Source: Mobula hypostoma (lineage: Eukaryota). From it: a DNA stretch of 64,000 bases. The stretch spans positions 221,094,001 to 221,158,000 of the forward strand of contig NC_086097.1 in assembly GCF_963921235.1 (NCBI RefSeq), in the 5' to 3' direction. Position numbers and translations under genes: made by a program. Below the pieces are notes generated by a model. That model saw only the letters and a list, made by a program, of their open reading frames with translations, had not been told where the DNA came from and ran no database searches. Positions 60,915 to 64,000 of the stretch are shown here, piece by piece. Numbering within the stretch: the stretch's first letter is position 1; each line of letters opens with the position of its first letter.

Positions 60915-63829
60915 CCAAAGTACCAACTACTGGTCTTAAGGTGTTATACTTAAATGCACGTAGGATAAGGAATAAGGTGGATGATCTTGTCAGACAGCTA
61001 CAGATTGGCAGGTATGATATTGTGGCCATCACTGAGACGTGGCTAAAGGGTGCATGTCTCTGGGAGCTGAACGTCCAAGGATACACGGTGTATCGGAAGG
61101 ATAGGAAGGTAGGCAGAGGGGGTGGCGTGGCTTTATTGGTAAGAAATGATATCAAATCATTAGAAAGAGGTGACATAGGATCGGAATGTGCAGAATCTTT
61201 ATGGGTTGAGCTAAGAAATCGCAGGGGTAAAAGGACCCGGATGGCAGTTATATACAGGCTTCCAAACAGCTGCAGTGATGTGGACTACAAATTACAACAG
61301 GAAATAGAAAAGGCTTGTCAGGAGGGCAGTGTTATGATAATTGTGGGGGATTTTAACATGTGAGTGGATTGGGAAAATCAGGTCAGCACTGGATCTCAAG
61401 AGAGAGAATTTGTAGAATGTCTGCGAGATGGCTTTTTAGAACAGCTTGTTGTTGAGACCACTAGGGGATCGGCTGTACTGGATTGGGTATTGTGTAATGA
61501 ACCAGAGGTGATTAGAGAGATTGAAGTGAAGGAACCCTTAAGAGGCAGTGATCATAACATGATTGAGTTCACTGTGAAATTTGAAAAAGAGAAGCCGAAA
61601 TCTGATGTGTCGGTATTTCAGTGGAGTAAAGGAAATTACAGTGGCATGAGAGAGGAACTGGCCAAAGTTGACTGGAAAGGGACACTGGTGGGAAGGATGG
61701 CAGAGGAGCAGTGGCTGGAGTTTATGCGAGAAGTGAGGAAGGTGCAAGACAGATATATTCCAAAAAAGAAGAAATTTTTGAATGGAAAAAGGATGCAACC
61801 GTGGTTGACAAGAAAAGTCAAGGCCAAAGTTAAAGCAAAGGAGAGGGCATACAAGGAAACAAAAAATAGTGGGAAGACAGAGGATTGGGAAGTTTTTAAA
61901 AGCTTACAAAAGGAAACTAAAAAGGTCATTAAGTGGGAAAAGATGAACTATGAAAGGAAGTTAGCAAATAATATCAAAAAGGATACTAGAAGCTTTTTCA
62001 AGTACATAAAGAGTAAAAGACAGGTGAGAGTAGATATAGGACTGATAGAAAATGATGCTGGAGAAATTCTAATAGGAGATAAGGAGATGGCGGAGGAAAT
62101 AAACAAATATTTTGCATCAGTCTTCACTGAGGAAGACATCAGCAGTATACTGGACACTCAAGGGTGGCAGGGAAGAGAAGTGTGCGCAGTCACAATTACG
62201 ACAGAGAAAGTACTCAGGAAGCTGAATAGTCTAAGGGTAGGTAAATCTCCCAGACCAGATGGAAAGCACCCTTGTGTTCTGAAGGAAGTAGCTGTGGAGA
62301 TTGCGGAGGCATTAGCGATGATCTTTCAAAAGTCGATAGATTCTGGCATGGTTCTGGAGGACTGGAAGACTGCGAATGTCACTCCGCTATTTAAGAAGGG
62401 GGCAAGGAAGCAAAAAGGAAATTATATACTTGCTAGCTTGACATCGGTGGTTGGGAAGTTGTTGGAGTCGATTGTCAAGGATGAGGTTACAGAGTACCTG
62501 GAGGCATATGACAAGATAGGCAGAACTCAGCATGGATTCCTTCAAGGAAAATCCTGCCTGACAAACCTATTACAATTTTTTGAGGAAATTACAAGTAGGC
62601 TAGACAAGGAAGATGCAGTGGATGTTGTATATTTGGATTTTCAGAAGGCCTTTGACAAGGTGCCACACATGAGGCTGCTTAACAAGATAAGAGCCCGTGG
62701 AGTTACGGGAAAGTTACATACGTGGATAGGGCGTTGACTCATTGGCAGGAAGCAGAGAGTGGGAATAAAGGGATCCTATTCTGGTTGGCTGCCGGTTACC
62801 AGTGGTTTTCCACAGGGGTCCGTGTTGGGGCCGCTTCTTTTAACGTTGTACATCAATGATTTGGTTTACGGAATAGATGGCTTTGTGGCTAAGTTTGCTG
62901 ATGATACAAAGATAGGTGGAGGGGCTGGTAGTGCTGAGGAAGCAGAGAGTCTGCAGAGAGACTTGGATAGATTGGAAGAATGGGCAAAGAAGTGGCAAAT
63001 GAAATATAATGTTGGAATGTGTATGGTTATGCACTTTGGCAGACTAAATAAATGGGCAGACTATTATTTAAATGGGGAGAGAATTCAAAGTTCTGAGATG
63101 CAACAGGACTTGGGAGTCCTTGTGCAGGATACCCTTAAGGTTAACCTCCAGGCTGAGTCGGTGATGAAGAAGGCGAATGCAATGTTGGCATTTATTTCTA
63201 GAGGAATAGAGTATAGGAGCAGGGATGTGACATTGAGGCTCTATAAGGCGCTGGTGAGACCTCACTTGGCGTACAGTGGGCAGTTTTGGTCTCCTTATTT
63301 AAGAAAGGATGTGCTGACGTTGGAGAGGGTACAGAGAACATTCACTAGAATGATTCCCGGAATGAGAGGGTTAACATATGAGGAACGTTTGACCACTCTT
63401 GGACTGTACTCCTTGGAGTTTAGAAGAATGAGGGGGGACCTCACAGAAACATTTTGAATGTTGAAAGGCATGGACAGAGTGGGTGTGACAAAGTTGTTTC
63501 CCATGATGGGGGAGTCTAGTATGAGAGGGCATGACTTAAGAATTGAAGGGCGCCCATTCAGAACAGAGATGCGAAGAAATTTTTTTAGCCAGAGGGTGGC
63601 GAATCTGTGGAATTTGTTGCCACGGGGGGCAGTGGAGGCCAAGTCATTGGGTGTATTTAAGGCAGAGATTGATAGGTATCTGAGTAGCCAGGGCATCAAA
63701 GGTTATGATGAAAAGGCGGGGGAGTGGGACTAAATGGGAGAATGGATCAGCTCATGATAAAATGGTGGAGCAGACTCGATGGGCCGAATGGCCGACTTCT
63801 GCTCCTTTGTCTTATGGTCTTATGGTCTT
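60915..63829 (+). mobile_element. CR1 LINE with essentially complete ORF2 (three in-frame stops, no frameshift); ORF1 absent
   Basis: ORFs 60899, 61364, 62759 and 63458 share one frame. Motifs YLNAR, ITETW, GDFN, SDH, QGSVLGP, KFADD. Tail (TCTTATGG)n. Confidence 0.95.
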
Positions 63830-64000
63830 TACAGTCAGTGAAGGGATTCTGAAACGTTGCTGTAAATTGGCCAACTTGTGAGCAACATAGTCCACCAAAC
63901 AGTGATGTGACAATCTGTATTCCAGGATAAGTACAGCCTGGACTTCGGAGGGATCACCTCTGCCCTCTTTCAAAGCAGTCCTGTGAGATTTGTATCAAAT

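Noticed and set aside
61361..63457. Selenocysteine or programmed readthrough at three TGA codons
   Set aside because: Other CR1 copies show sense codons or independent decay at comparable positions; single substitutions explain the stops.
63950..64000. Possible DeuSINE-like remnant at the right edge
   Set aside because: Too short and diverged to support.

Overview
Eukaryotic, repeat-dominated DNA with no recognisable host protein-coding gene. It is probably intergenic or intronic. The repeat spectrum (many CR1 LINEs, Rex1/Babar fragments, V-SINEs, Neptune-type Penelope tails, a fish-type L1) suggests a non-mammalian vertebrate, most likely a shark or ray; this is inference. Almost every long ORF is a decayed retroelement. 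These comprise four large CR1 copies, one 5'-truncated L1 carrying a solo LTR, and a complete but dead Gypsy provirus (49308-59093, ACAA TSD) with a PNMA-like gag. The provirus 5' LTR holds a nested stack of CR1, Tigger and two hAT-type MITEs. Smaller elements include a Chapaev3 derivative and a probable HERO 3' end. The most interesting signals are: minimal hammerhead-ribozyme motifs in two Penelope-like lineages; a TSD-flanked ~100-bp Penelope hairpin; a chimeric hAT MITE with captured Tigger sequence and a cryptic end; and a minisatellite-headed CR1-tailed insertion. I see no intact novel protein system. Family names come from motif recognition, not database searches. Boundaries without a stated TSD or TIR are approximate.
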